From Octopus sinensis (taxonomy: Eukaryota): DNA of 64,000 nucleotides. The notes beneath the pieces are model-generated. The model searched no databases. It was not told where the DNA came from and saw nothing but the letters and a program-made list of their open reading frames with translations. Below are positions 1-12,885 of this stretch, piece by piece. Location of the stretch: contig NC_042999.1 in assembly GCF_006345805.1 (NCBI RefSeq), positions 56,482,001-56,546,000 on the forward strand, written 5' to 3'. Numbering within the stretch: position 1 is the stretch's first letter; every line of letters begins with the position of its first letter. The position numbers and the translations under genes were made by a program.

Positions 1-726
1 CACTCCGAGAGTGTAGTGGGTGCTTTTACATGCTACTGGCATGGGGCCAGTCAGGTGGTACTGGTTACGACCTCGCTCAAATCTTTTACACATGTCACTG
101 GCACAGGTACCTGTAAGGTGATGCTGGTAACGATCACACTCGAATGATGTCTTTTATGTGCCACCGGCATGGAGGCCAGATAGCTGCTCTGGCAACAATC
201 ATGCTCGGATGGTGCTCTTAATACCCTACTAGCATGGGGCTCAAATGCCAGTAAGGTGACGCTAGTAACGATCACACTTGAATGGTGCCTTTTAAGTGCC
301 TCTGCCACGGAAGCCAGTTAGCCGCTCAGTCAGTGATCACATTCATATGGTGCTCTTTGCACCCTGTTAGCATGGACGCTAGTCATCGATTTTGATTTCA
401 CTTGCCTCAACAGGTCTTCGCAAGCAGAGTTTTAGTGTCCAAAGAAGGAAAGGTACACATAGTGGGCTGGTTACGCCCCTGGCATAGGCCATGAGATTAT
501 GGTCTCATTTGGCTTACCTGGTCTTCTCACGCACGGCATATTTCCAAAAGTCTCGGTCACTAGTCATTTCCTTGGTGAGGCATAAAGTTCGATGGTCATG
601 CTTCACCACTCTATCCCAGGTCTTCCTGGGTCTACCTCTTCCAGTTTCCCTCAACTGCTAGAGTGTGACACTTTTTCACACAGCTATCCTCATCCATTCT
701 CGCCACCTGACCGTACCAGCACCGTT
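1..726 (-). mobile_element. RTE-clade LINE 3' end (ORF C-terminus 514-726, then 3' UTR with ~60-bp tandem units; runs off the window start)
   Basis: Minus strand encodes WYGQVARMDEDSCVKKCHTLAVEG..RGRPRKTWD..VKHD...DRDFWKYAVREKTR-stop (with frameshifts), typical of the RTE C-terminus. UTR repeats of the tgtgccaccggca...ggatggtg type lie at about 20-400. Confidence 0.85.
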
Positions 727-1202
727 ATATATATATACACACACACACACACACGATGGACTCTTTTCAGTCTCTGTCAACCAAATCCACTCGCAAGGCT
801 TTGGTCTGCTCGAGGCTCGGGTATAAGACACTTGCCTGAGGTGCTCTGCAATGGGACTGAACCTGGAACCATGTGGTTTAGAAGCAAGCTTCCTACCATA
901 CAGCTGCTCCTGTGCCTAATATTTGTTTTTCTTAAAAATCTGCCAGATAATGCCAATTTTACAGTGTACATGGCTCATATTTTGTGGTACTAGCGCTAGT
1001 GAGATTTCCAAGTAACTCGCAAAACAAGCCTTTTCAACTGTATTTGAGAAGGAGGTTGCAGTAGGGACAGGAATAGATGTTTTACTATAGAGGAGATCCA
1101 TGGTTATCTCACTTGGAAAGAGATAAAGATGGGAGTGATGAAGTGTCAAGATGTGTATCCTCTAGAGATATTTTCCAGATTTCAGACTTTCTCATCAAAG
1201 TA

Positions 1203-1545
1203 ATATCATCATCCAGTGTTTTAAATCCAGGTTTTGTCCCCATTAACGGGTGTAGCTGAATCTACCTCAATGCTATAGCAACTGCCTTCACATCATCTCG
1301 CCAGGTTTTGGGCATCCTCCTTTCTCAAACCAACCCTCCCAATCTCCACTTTTTCCTCAGTCTACCTCGCTTTCACAGTTCATTTTTCTCAAATGCAAGC
1401 ACCCCCCCTCAGAACATGCTCCTCACTCTCCTCAACACATGTCCATACCACCGCACTCCATTCGCCCTTGCCAGCCGTTCCAGCATTCCCATCAAGTCCT
1501 CAGTCCTCCTCTTATCAAACATTGTCACCCCATACATTTCTCTCA
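1203..1545 (-). mobile_element. RTE-clade LINE 3' fragment (second subfamily)
   Basis: Minus strand: MVREMYGVTMFDKRRTEDLMGMLERLARANGVRWYGHVLRR, followed by a degenerate RGR-x-K motif; ends in gatgatgat. Confidence 0.75.
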
Positions 1546-4491
1546 CCATGAATGAAGATAGTGTGATGCAAACTGACCCTTGATCATTAAGTATAGGACC
1601 CAGGTATGAGTGTGTGGTTAAGTTCTCACTGCATCACTTTGGAGAAGTGTCATCTAGTGTAGCTTGGGGGTTGACCAAACCCTTGAAATTTAGAAACTAG
1701 AAACTGTATAGAAACCAGTCAGTGGGACCATTTGTATTCTTGATTGTTCAGCTTTAATGCCACCACCTAGCCCTAATTTTCTTTTAACAGGGTCCATTCT
1801 CTGTTGCAAGCATTTAGGCCAGGTCTCTGTTGCTGCTCATCTCAAAGATTCCAAATTAAAAAATACATTAGTAAGGATGTGCATATTGTAGAGTGATAGC
1901 TAAAAGGTGCAGTTGTGCATAGAACAATGTGGTGGTTGCCCCATTAACTCTGTTTGCTTTCTTCCTATTTCTCTTTTTCACCCATCTATCATGGTTCTTC
2001 CTCTCATCGCTCTTTTTCTTCTTTTGTGTTACATTCTAACATTGCTCTCTCTATAAATATATATATTCTCTTAGTCATGTCCTCTTACATATGTCTCAGT
2101 GTTGAGTACCCTTGTCATGTGTTCCCTTCTACTGCCCTGTGCTTTGCTATAACTCTACTGTCTTTTCACTGTCACTGTGTTTAGCTGTCATGTGACTAAG
2201 GAACAGTGGATTCCTCTTCACTGCACCATGCTCCCATTGTAATTAGGGATATCTCTAGCCTATTCTGGTCCTCTCACCTCTCCAACATTTTGTCTTCTCT
2301 CTCATCTCGTACCCATCTTAAAGTATATCTACTATTACTCCCCCTATACTACCCCCTCCCTGCTTATATCTTTCTGGCTGATATTGCCTTAGACAATTTC
2401 AAGGGGAACATGAATGGCATAAATCCCACTGGTTTGAGAGGGCCTGTGAAGACCAGGGACACTGCTTCGTTCTCTAAAACCAACAAGTAAAAAATTATAT
2501 TCTAGATTGTCAATGAAAAGGTGTAGATTTTACATGGAATTATCTTGAAATTCTTTTACATTAGTCTCCTCATCTTTTTACTTCCATGTTCCATGCTGTC
2601 ATGGGTTGGATGCTTTGACATGATCCAATGAGTCTAAGGGCTGCATTATGCTCCACTGTCAACTTTGGAACAGTTTCTACAGCGTGATGCTTTTCCTGTC
2701 AACCACTCAACAGCATGTGCTGGGTGTTTTTTTTCTTTCTTTTCGTGTGTGTGAGGGCTTGTAAGACTGAATCACATGAGGTGGCTTTATACTAGGAGAT
2801 TAGTGCTTAAAGTATAAGAAAGGACCAGGGAAGAATGGGTCTTTTGTCTTAGACTACATAGCAACTCCTATTAAAGAAGATAGGGTGGGAAGTGATCAGG
2901 ATGGAGCTGGAAAGTGATTAAAAAAATAGTGGGGATAAGTTGTCTGTGTAGTCGCTCAAAGTGTGATGGCAGATGAACTGGGAATAAGGATGGATAGAGA
3001 TTGTGATAGTAGAGGAAAATGAAAGATGGGAATGGGTGAGGTGGTGAATATGGTGAATGAGTTTGTAAATTTTTAAAATTTTACTGTTATGTGTATGTAT
3101 ATATAATCTGTGGAAAGATCTGTTTACTAAAATTAATAAATGATGTTTGTTTTCAAAGAATCTATAATATTTTGAATGGTTAAAAAATATAGACTTCAGA
3201 TTCCAATATTACCAGAGTTTATGAACTTTGAATTTTCTTGAGCTTTTTAATAATAGTTAACCATTTTTAACAGTATATGAAGATGGTGTTGCAGTAATGT
3301 GATCTAGAATGAAATTTAATCTTCTGTTAGAACTGCTGATATTTTAGTGTTTGTTATCTAGGTCCCAGAAGATAGACAGATGGTACGCAAGCTTTCATAG
3401 TTTCAGTTGTGAAAGAATTGTGTCTCAAACTGTAGAATAACCTTATCTCTGTTTGTATTAGGGTTTTGGAGCTTTTCTGCCTCCCTTTTAAAGGAGAAGT
3501 TAGTTACAATTTAGTGAATCTAATTTTTGCCAGCAGTTCAGTCATGTCTCTAACAAAAATTCTATTGTGGAGAGGAGTGGGGACAGATGATAGGAATATG
3601 TTTATACTTTAGGAAGTGTAGTCTTCCCAATAATCTCTCTTTCAATATAAACTGAACAACAGTTTCTCTGTATTCAGGCTGAACAGCCATGAAAGATAAT
3701 CTCTGTGTTTGCATTTCCTTGCCAATGTAAGTGGAAAGCAACAAGCTATATTAATATATGTAATTATGAAGATGTCCAGCTTCTGTTGGCAGGATTAAAA
3801 TCCAAGTTGGATGGCCTGTTACAAATCTGAAATGATCTTTAAATTAAATATTGGTTTCAAATTTTGGCCCAAGGCCACCAATTTCAGGGAAGGACATAAG
3901 TACTAGCTGAGCATTGGGGTTGATTTTATTGACTTATTCTATTAACCCCCCCAAAAAGATGAAAGGCAAAGTCAACCATGGCAGAATTTGAACTTAGAAC
4001 ATCAAGATGGATGAACTCTGCTAAGCATTTTGCTTGGTATGATAACAATTCTACCAGCTTGCCATCTTCAACATGAAGCTTAAATTATATAGATAACGAA
4101 ATAATTTTATTCTCAAACGCAGGATAATGCTAATAATATAACATGAACAGGATAAATTACCCATATTTTGCAGAAAAATGTGTCAGCAGCCAGCCATGAG
4201 ACTCGAATGCTTTACCTTTAAGCTAAACTGACCCAGCGACAAATTCTTCTGCAAATTTAGGATATATAAATCTATAAGACACTATTGTTAAATTAAAATT
4301 ACGATAAAAGTAAACGAAGTTATCTACAGTGAGAATCTGAATGGTCTTGTTTAGAAATTAAACTTTTCTCATCTTTATTTTCTTTTGTTGTATATCCCTG
4401 GGTTAAGTTTGAACATAGAATATTTGTTGTTGGTGATGATAATGATAAAGGTGCTGCTTGTTTTCGATTCTTATGCTACAGTCCCATAGGC

Positions 4492-4769
4492 CAGTGCTAC
4501 TCAAAGTAGTGGACCGTTGCCGGTCCGTGAGCCATCAGCTGCTGGTGTGCAGTGAATTTCCAGAAAAGAAACATAAAATGCTTACGTAATATTGTACTTA
4601 TTTGTTTACAAAATAAATATAAGATAAAAAAAAATTGTCAACCTTTATTATGTTCATTATATATACTGTTTCCGGTATAAATTAATATTACTAAGAAATA
4701 TTACTAGTCCCAGACACATTGGAAAAAAAAACTGCCGGTATGCCACATCAGATAGTTTGAGAAGCACTG
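4492..4769. mobile_element. hAT-type MITE, 278 bp, perfect 8-bp TSD
   Basis: Terminal inverted repeats (TIRs) cagtgctactcaaa / tttgagaagcactg; TSD ccataggc at 4484-4491 and 4770-4777. Confidence 0.88.
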
Positions 4770-7700
4770 CCATAGGCTACAGAGAGCTAGAGCCTTACAA
4801 CATAGATAGGTTGATATATAGGTTTAATTCTCCTCTTCATTACTATTCTAATGCCTCCTTTTCCATACTTCCATTGGTTAGACAGTCTATTGATGCAAAT
4901 TTTCTAGGATTGGATGCCTTACTTGTTTTCAAACAAGGTAATAGTTCCCCATGGCCAGACATGATTTTTCTGATTATTGGAAATGAATAACACTGCTTAT
5001 ATGACAGTGAGATTCAATCATATGATATAAAGTCAAGGAGACACACGTGTGCAATACGCTTTTCTCAGTTTCTGTCTATCAAATCCATTCACAAGGCTTT
5101 GGTTGACCTGGGCTATAGTAGACACTTGTCCAAGGTTCCACACAGTGGGATTGAACCCCAGAAAACTGCCTTGTGGAGGTAATTTTAATTCTTTACTTTG
5201 CTGTCTCTAACAGATTAAGAGTGGATCCCACATACATGGGATGTAGTCAATTATATAAATTGTTTATCAATTGTGAAAGCATTTTTTACTCACAAAATTT
5301 GTTTTTCCATAGAAGTTTTAAAAATACCACTTAAAATATTTATCTTTTGACAAATATTTTAGTTTTCTTAATTCCTCTCTTTTTATATAAGCCTTTGTTT
5401 TATTCTTTGCATACTTTGTACATAAGCATATAATGTATTTGATGGCATATTAGATGCTCCCCTCCCACCAAAAAATGACTCAATCTGTTATCCCAGGTTC
5501 TGTATGAAGTTGAACTCCCTATAAGCTAATTTTGTCTCTGATGTTCACGTTTTGCTGAATATGTGCTCTTGAAATTGGAGTGTGTTTTATGCTATGAAGT
5601 GCAGTATAGATGCTTTGTACATAATGCAAGAAAACCTTCACTGTATGTCTTTTATTTAGTCTTGAATTGTCTGTGACCACTTAAATTCTCAACAGCCTTG
5701 CACATCAACGTCACTCACTCTAAATACATAAGTGAGATTAAATGATTCACTGACTTGTTGAGTTCAGTTTTTCATAGCAGAAGAGTTACTTACAAGGCAC
5801 TGACATTCTGTTGTGTAAAACGTCTTCTATATATGATGCTATGGAAATCACAAGGACATTGTTCTGAACTATAAAGACGGGGAGTGAAATACTAAATATT
5901 GTAGAATTTACTCTGCTCTTAATTCTCTACTTTAACCATATCATGCCATGTTCCTGGTGTAGTGAGAATAGCCTCAACGTAATCTCTACCAGATTCCCAG
6001 TGGTAATGAACAACACACAACAATAGAGAAAAAGAAGATAAAATACTCAAACTAGACAACTGATCCACATTGCAGCTTTGCAGTCAGCTGTGTTTATGAC
6101 TCATTGTTAATGATGTCTCCCCATAGCTGTTGTTTACTTTTGTTTTTAATCAATTTTTTTGTTGTTTTTTTTTTTTTGCAATGAAGTGAACATGTAATGA
6201 ACCCAGCACTGGTAAACAAGTAAGACCTAAACTCTTCACAGTTGAGGAAATTATTGATATTTATTCTTTGGATGAAGAGTTTACCCTTATGCAGACAAAC
6301 TGGTGAAAGAGATGAGGAAAGTAGCAATTAGGGTGAACAAATACAGCAGTTGAGAGAGAGACCCATTATTGTTATTCTCCTGAAGTTTTTTTTTTTTTTT
6401 TGTGATTCTCTCCATTAGTTTGCCTTGAGTTACATATGCACCTGTTTACTTTTTTGTTGCTCAGGAGCCCAAGTAGAGGGTAAAGTTAGACACAGGGACC
6501 CCGGTCAGTTTAAAACATTTCTAAACACAATTTGTTGTAATCTAGTTACTTAGACTTCAGGGATAAGGCTTCATTTTCTGTTGTCATTCACTGTCTTTAA
6601 CACTAACAACTAAGATATATATCTCATTTTATGTGTGTGTGTGTGTGTGTGAGATGAATCACAGTAGGCTTGGCCATGGGTTCAGAAGTTTGCTTTACAA
6701 ACTTTATGATCCTAGGTTTACTGTGTGACACTTTGCACAAGTATTTTCAATCAATGACAGGAGTTGACCTTAATGAAATTTTGTAGTGTGTATATGTATG
6801 ATTATTGATAAGAAATTGCAAATAAATCACTGTAAAAAGAAGAAAAAAAAGCAATCTATCCAAGCTACTCAAACACTTTTTTTGTTATAAATGTAGTGAG
6901 CCATAGGTTTGGTTGGCTGTGTGGTGAAAAAGCTTGCTTCCCAATCATGTGATCTGAAGTTCAGTCCAACTCCATGGCTCCTTGGGCATATGTCTTCTAT
7001 TTATAGCTCCAGGCCAACTGAAGATGCAAGTGGATTTGGTAGATGTAAACTGTAAAAAAAGCCTGTGTGAGTGTTTGTTTGTAAGTGCCCTTGTCTTGGT
7101 ATCATGTGAATTAGAAAATGGAATCTAAAACATTAGCTTTATAAGAGTGATAGTAAACAAGCATCACTCTTATACAGCCAGTGCTTCCGATTCCTGTCAG
7201 GCCATGGGGAGATATTGCCTTTCTTGGAAACTGGTTTGGGTTGGTGACAAGAAGAGTATCGGGCTGTAGAAAGAAAAAATCTGCCTTGAAGAATTTCCTC
7301 TGCCCCATGCAAGCATTGAAGAGTGGACATTAAACGATGATGATGAACCAATGATTGGTTATAGTAAAACAAAGAGATAATGAAAAAGTATTTTTATCTA
7401 AACTGATAAATCTTGGGTGTTTCTCAGAATGTTTGGTCTGTCGGTGTATTATGTTCCAATGCTAGGAACCACATGTAGTAGCAGAGGTGTTATTTGTGAG
7501 AGATTTAAATATTGGCTACTAGTTTCTTCATAGGTGGAACCACATGAATCCTAGAGAAAGTAAATTCATTAATCTACTGATTTCAATGAAGCTAATTGAA
7601 TTATTATTCACCTCTCCCACTTAATAGTAGTTTAGCCAAGTTAGTGTCATTAGACTTAATGTAGTCATGGGGTGGGGAGAGAAATTTTAATTAGTAATGC

Positions 7701-9095
7701 TTATAACAATGAGAAAACATTAGTGCTGTGATTAATATTAATTCAGCCTAATTCAATCTTGGTAAGTACAGCTAGTTACACAAGACATGTTGGGTCTTAT
7801 TAGATCATCTCCTCAAAGCAGCCTTCTTTATACTTGTCACATTGGTGATAGAACATTCCCTGTATTGATGTATAATAATGTATAGAGGGAGGGTGTTGCA
7901 TTCATGATTGCAACACACCATGTTTTTTTTATTCAATTCCAGACTAGGAAGTGTGTTGTGTACTTGAGCAAAACTTAATTTCATTTTAAGTCCACTCAGT
8001 TGTAAATCAGTAACCCTGTGACAGACTGGCATTTCATTCAGGGGGCATGTTGTGATCTTGTTTGCTTGTTCACCATAGAAACTGGGTTAAGCCATTCCTT
8101 TGTGTCCTAGTACTCAAGACTGTAATGTCCAGGGGATTCATGTTGACTTGAGTATCAACACTAGCATAAGAATTGAGTTAAATTACTCAGGTCTCCCGCT
8201 ATAGTTGCATGTAAGTTAACTTGGAAAGGTACTGGGTTCAAATGTCTGTAATCAGCAATGGAACCGATATTCTGAGAGTCAGGAAAGCTGTGTTTAAGAA
8301 GACTTAATCAACGTTTCTGTTGTTACTAACCCATCATTTATGCAGGTAGATTAAGACATTATCCAAGATGTCCCCTCTTTGATTTTAAGATGTTAGCATG
8401 TAATTTGAGTGTTCTTTGCCCTCAAATCATTATAGATTCTATATTCCTCATAGTTATTGATTACAAATTTTGGCACAATGCCAGCAATTTTTGGGAGAGG
8501 ATAAGTCAATTGCATCAACCCCAGTACACAACTGGTACTTGTTTTATCAACCCCAAAAGGATGAAAGGCAAAGTCAACTTTGGAATTTGAACTCGGTGTG
8601 AATTCCTTCTAGTTATTGAATTTGTCAGACACTTCATTAGTCTTTACAAATAGAGGACTATCACTAGTTTTCCTTGGTTTCCAGATTTTATACCAAGTAA
8701 ATTATTGTTACTAATAATTATCACTTAGCGTCCACTTTCCATGCTGGCATGGGTTAGGTGGATTGACAAGATCTGGAGAGCTACAGAGCCATGTGGAGCT
8801 CTAGTGTCAACTTTCAGCTTGGTTTCTACAGCTAGATTCCCTTCCAAAACCAAACCTTTTACAGTGTGTACTGGATGTTTTGTTTTTTGGTACCACCACC
8901 ACCACTAGTGATGTTACCAAGTAACATGTAAGACAAAAGAACCAGTGTTGTGGTAGGGGAGACCTCAACTAAATAGGGGTGAGGGGTAATATTTGAGGGG
9001 GAGAATTTCTCATAATCTTCAGAATTATGAAAACAGACATCAGTTATAACTTGCTTTGAAATAATTCATTAATTCAGTAAACACTAAAAGTGTTG

Positions 9096-9509
9096 GAGTA
9101 AAGATTGTTTGCCGACATAACATGGCAGTCCTAGTTTAGGACAAATGTTGTTGTAAGTTAGCCCCAGGAGACATTGTCTCCAGCTGGCTATACGACATGA
9201 TCTGTGTCCTTATATTTTCAAACAAGGGAATCTAGCACCCCCACTCGGCTCAAAACAATATCTGTGTATCACGATTTCCGGGATATTTCCCTTCAGCAGC
9301 ACAAAACAATTGTTCGGTTAGAGGTGGTGCTACCAAATTCCTGTTCGAAATATAGAGTTTTCAAAGTGACAACTAGTCACTGATCTATAAATGAGAAAAT
9401 TACTATTTTTAAATCTCACCAGGACTGCCATGTTATGTTGGCAAACAATCTTTACTCCAAAATACTGTTGCTGAACATCTCTCGCTGTGAGATTTAAAAA
9501 TAGTAATTT
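9096..9509. mobile_element. Long-TIR non-autonomous element (MULE/foldback-like) flanked by 13-bp direct repeats
   Basis: 40-bp inverted repeat 9093-9132 / 9421-9460 (1 mismatch); perfect 23-bp inverted repeat 9397-9419 / 9487-9509; direct repeat actaaaagtgttg at 9083-9095 and 9510-9522; diverged relative at about 30110-30300. Confidence 0.65.
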
Positions 9510-10404
9510 ACTAAAAGTGTTGTTGAATTTAAATGTATTCAAAGTGTATTACAGGTCAATTTGGAGGTCCATTAATTGTATTAGCCCTTCAGCATTCAGA
9601 TTACCCTGTCAAATCTAATGCTAATTTATTCACATTGTTTTGAATCTTGTATTATCTTGTAGCTTCAGGATTTCAATGATGTGATTGTTTATTTTTAGAA
9701 AGACATTGTAGGGTAGATGTGAGAGGTTGGATGTGGCTGGTTTGAACATAAAACAGAAAGTTTGGGCTGGATATGCTAAAGGAACACTAAAGGGTTAATC
9801 TTAAGCAAACTCAATTGTTTTGGTTTTAACATTGAGCTTAGAGCTTGTGGTCTTTCTTTTTCCCCTTCTTCACTTTCTTCAGAAGTGGAAGTATTGTTTC
9901 GGAAATGTCTTTTTCGACAATTAACGTAAATAAGTAATTTGTTGTTCCAACAAAGGAGTCCCCTCCCCATTCTGCTACCATTTCAGTTAATTTGTTAATG
10001 TATCTTTTGTATTTAGTTTCTGAATGCCTACATCTTGTTTCAGTTATTAGATTATAGCCATGCTGAAGCACTGCGTTGGAGAATTTTACTCAAACCCAAA
10101 CCAGGACTTATTTTTTAAATTTGGTATTTTATCAGTCTCATGTTGAACTGCTAAGTTATGAGGATACAAACAAACAAACACCATTTGTCAAGTGATGATG
10201 GGGACAAACACACGACTGGCTTCCAATTTCTGTCTACTAAATTCATTCCTGGGGCCATATTGGGATGTCACGCAGTGAGACTGAACTTGAAATCATGTAC
10301 TTGTGAAGTGAACTACTTAACCACACACACACATGCATGCCTGCATCTATCCATGTATTCATTATTCTGCTGAGTTATTTATTTATTGATATTTACTGAT
10401 TCTG

Positions 10405-10916
10405 CAAGATCTGATAAAAAGTATCGGAATTGTTGCTATGGTAACGGAGCTAAAGCATGCAGAGTGAAGCCACCTGGCACAGATTGTCCTTGAACTCCGT
10501 CACACATGCGCACCAAATTATAACATTCCCGCCCACTTCCATTGTTTATACACATGTAGTAAGGTAGGGTTAGGGTGTGGTTGTCTCACCACATCACAGA
10601 GGTTCCGTCAGTGACCATGCCAGAGAAATTGCATCAAATTTTGCCAAAAGCTGGGTGTTGGCTGTGCAATTTTCTCTTTTCAAGTCCTACTTGAAAGGAA
10701 TAAGGTTTTAAGATGCCAAGGAAACCCAAGAGAATGAGATGAGGAAGCCGCTCACTATTAAAAAAACAGAGTTACAGAAATGCTTCCATAAATGGAAATG
10801 GTGCTGGATAAAGTGAGTGGCTTCAAAAGGGGGCTACTTCAAAGCAGATTAAATGCCAAATTGATGCCATAGTTTTCTCTATAGCACCAGTCACAATACT
10901 TTTTGATCAGACCTTG
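10405..10916 (+). mobile_element. Internally deleted mariner (DD34D-like) transposon
   Basis: TIRs caagatctgataaaaagtat / atactttttgatcagaccttg followed by TA. Degenerate transposase C-terminus: FSLFKSYLKGIRF*DAKETQENEMRKPLTIKKTELQKCFHKWKWCWIK*VASKGGYFKAD*. Confidence 0.85.
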
Positions 10917-11206
10917 TATTACCATTTAGAAATCCTAATTGTGGAGATGGTATTGTTTTAGCTGATGTTATGGTTAACATCAAAATGAAACCAATTATAA
11001 GTTTGACTACATTTTTGCATCAGATTCTGTTTTGATGATGTGAAGATTGATTTTTTTTTTCTTACTATATACTGCATGTATATTGATTACTTTAGATCTG
11101 TTTTCTAACATCTACCATTACTCGATTCTGGAAGAGAAGACTTTACCAGACTAAACATTTGCATGTTCTGGGAGCAAGTATTTAAAATTTTGTCACATTA
11201 TTTTAA

Positions 11207-11387
11207 CCCTTAACATGTTTTATGCTCAGACCTGTCCAATTCAGCCTTCACACCTACTATATACTGTCATACTAAAAATATACATTCACATCATTGAAAT
11301 CTTGATGCTATAAGATAATACATGTTTAAATCAAACTAGTTTCAATAAGTAAGCATTATGTTTGACAATAATCTGAGTGCTAAAGGG
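11207..11387. mobile_element. piggyBac-like TTAA MITE, family B
   Basis: TTAA on both sides; ends cccttaacat / tgctaaaggg. Related copies at about 9585-9795, 12682-12885, 28758-29018, 43000-43217, 48700-48895 and 59660-60090. Confidence 0.75.
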
Positions 11388-11515
11388 TTAAACAGCTCAA
11401 CAGTGAAGAGGGGATATAGATGCAATGTGTCTTTGCAAAGGCATTAATTTGAGACATTTTCTATTAAAAATTATTTTCAAGAAATTAGCTAGTATTTTTT
11501 TTCTTCCGTTTAGAC

Positions 11516-11925
11516 CAGGGGTGGCCAACCTGAGGCCTGCAGATTTTATCTTGTGGCCCACTTGATACTTTCTTGAAATCATCATCATCATCATTTAGCG
11601 TCCGTTTTCCATGCTAGCATGGGTTGGACGGTTCTACTGGGGTCTGTGAAGCCAGAAGGCTTCATCAGGCCCAGTCGGATTTATTTAAGCAAACATTTTT
11701 AGAATTTCGTCAAAAATGAAAGCTTGTAATGAAAAGTAAAAAAGAAAGATACTACTGTTTTTGCAACGATAATGTTTCATGTTGAATCAATGATCATTCA
11801 TTCATTATTGTAATAATAAGCATGAGAAAGCAAAATCTTTTCAATTCTCTCTGTATACAAATGGCCCTCAAAAAATGTTCTGTGATTAAGATGGTCCGCA
11901 ATGTAATTCAAGTTGACCAGGCCTG
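11516..11925. mobile_element. hAT-type MITE with a nested RTE 3' tail (about 11578-11680)
   Basis: TIRs caggggtggccaac / gttgaccaggcctg; TSD gtttagac (11508-11515) / gtttacac (11926-11933), 7/8 identical. Confidence 0.8.
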
Positions 11926-12681
11926 GTTTACACTGGTTTCATGTGCATGAAACTTGTGTAAAGAGTTGAAATTTAGCCAAAGGTCATTTCAGCAGCAAAA
12001 TGCAGCATTATATGTCAGATGTCTGAACAGATTTATCATTAACAGTTTCAATAGTGATGACTGTCTTTTCCTCTTCAATATTCTGTATCCAAGGACAGAC
12101 TTTATTCTAAAATAGACTGCATTTGGATTTTTTTTTATCTCATTTCAGTCATTAGCCAGCAGCCATGTCGGGGCATCACCTTGAAGAATTCCAGTCAAAC
12201 AAATTGAACCCCAGTACTTATTTTTTTAGCCTGGTTCTTATTCTAACTGTCTCTTTTGCTGGGCAGCTAAGTTGCAGGGACATAAACTTAACACCAGTTG
12301 TCAAGTGGTGGTGGGTACACACACAGATATATGCTTCTTTCAGTTTCCATTTACCAAATCCACTCCGAAGGTTTTGGTTGGCCCGAGGCTATTGTAGGAG
12401 GCACTTGTCCAAGTTGCCATGCAATGGGTCTGAACCCAGAGCTATGTGGTTGGGAAGCAAACTTCTTACCTCAGCCATGCCTGCATGCATTCATACATAT
12501 TTTGCAACAAGTGTACAAAATGCTGCTTTAAATCTACAACTGACCCAACATTTGTACATTTATTTGCAGGCCTGATTTGATAAGATTGTTTTCAGTTTTA
12601 TGACCAGATTCCATTTTAAGACATGTCTTATGATACCAAAGGGACATGAAACTATCTAATGTTTGAATGCTGATAATTTAA

Positions 12682-12885
12682 CCCTTTTAGCATTCAGATT
12701 ACTGGCAAATGTAATGCTTATTTACACACATTGTTTCGAATTAATCCGTGGCTTTGAGATTTCAATGAAATGATTGTTTATTTTTAGGATGACATTATAG
12801 GATAGGTGTGAAAGGTCATATCTGGCCAGTTTGAGCATAAAACAGAATATTTGGGTCTGATTCGACTGGCTTAAATGCTAAAAGG
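12682..12885. mobile_element. piggyBac-like TTAA MITE, family B
   Basis: ttaa|cccttttagcatt ... aatgctaaaagg|ttac. Confidence 0.75.

Noticed and set aside
4160-4200. ATG GCT GGC TGC TGA (minus strand) as a selenoprotein C-U motif
   Set aside because: Very short, no SECIS element seen and no homology recognised.
10563-10578. Telomere-like gtagggttaggg
   Set aside because: Only one full TTAGGG unit, inside the mariner remnant.
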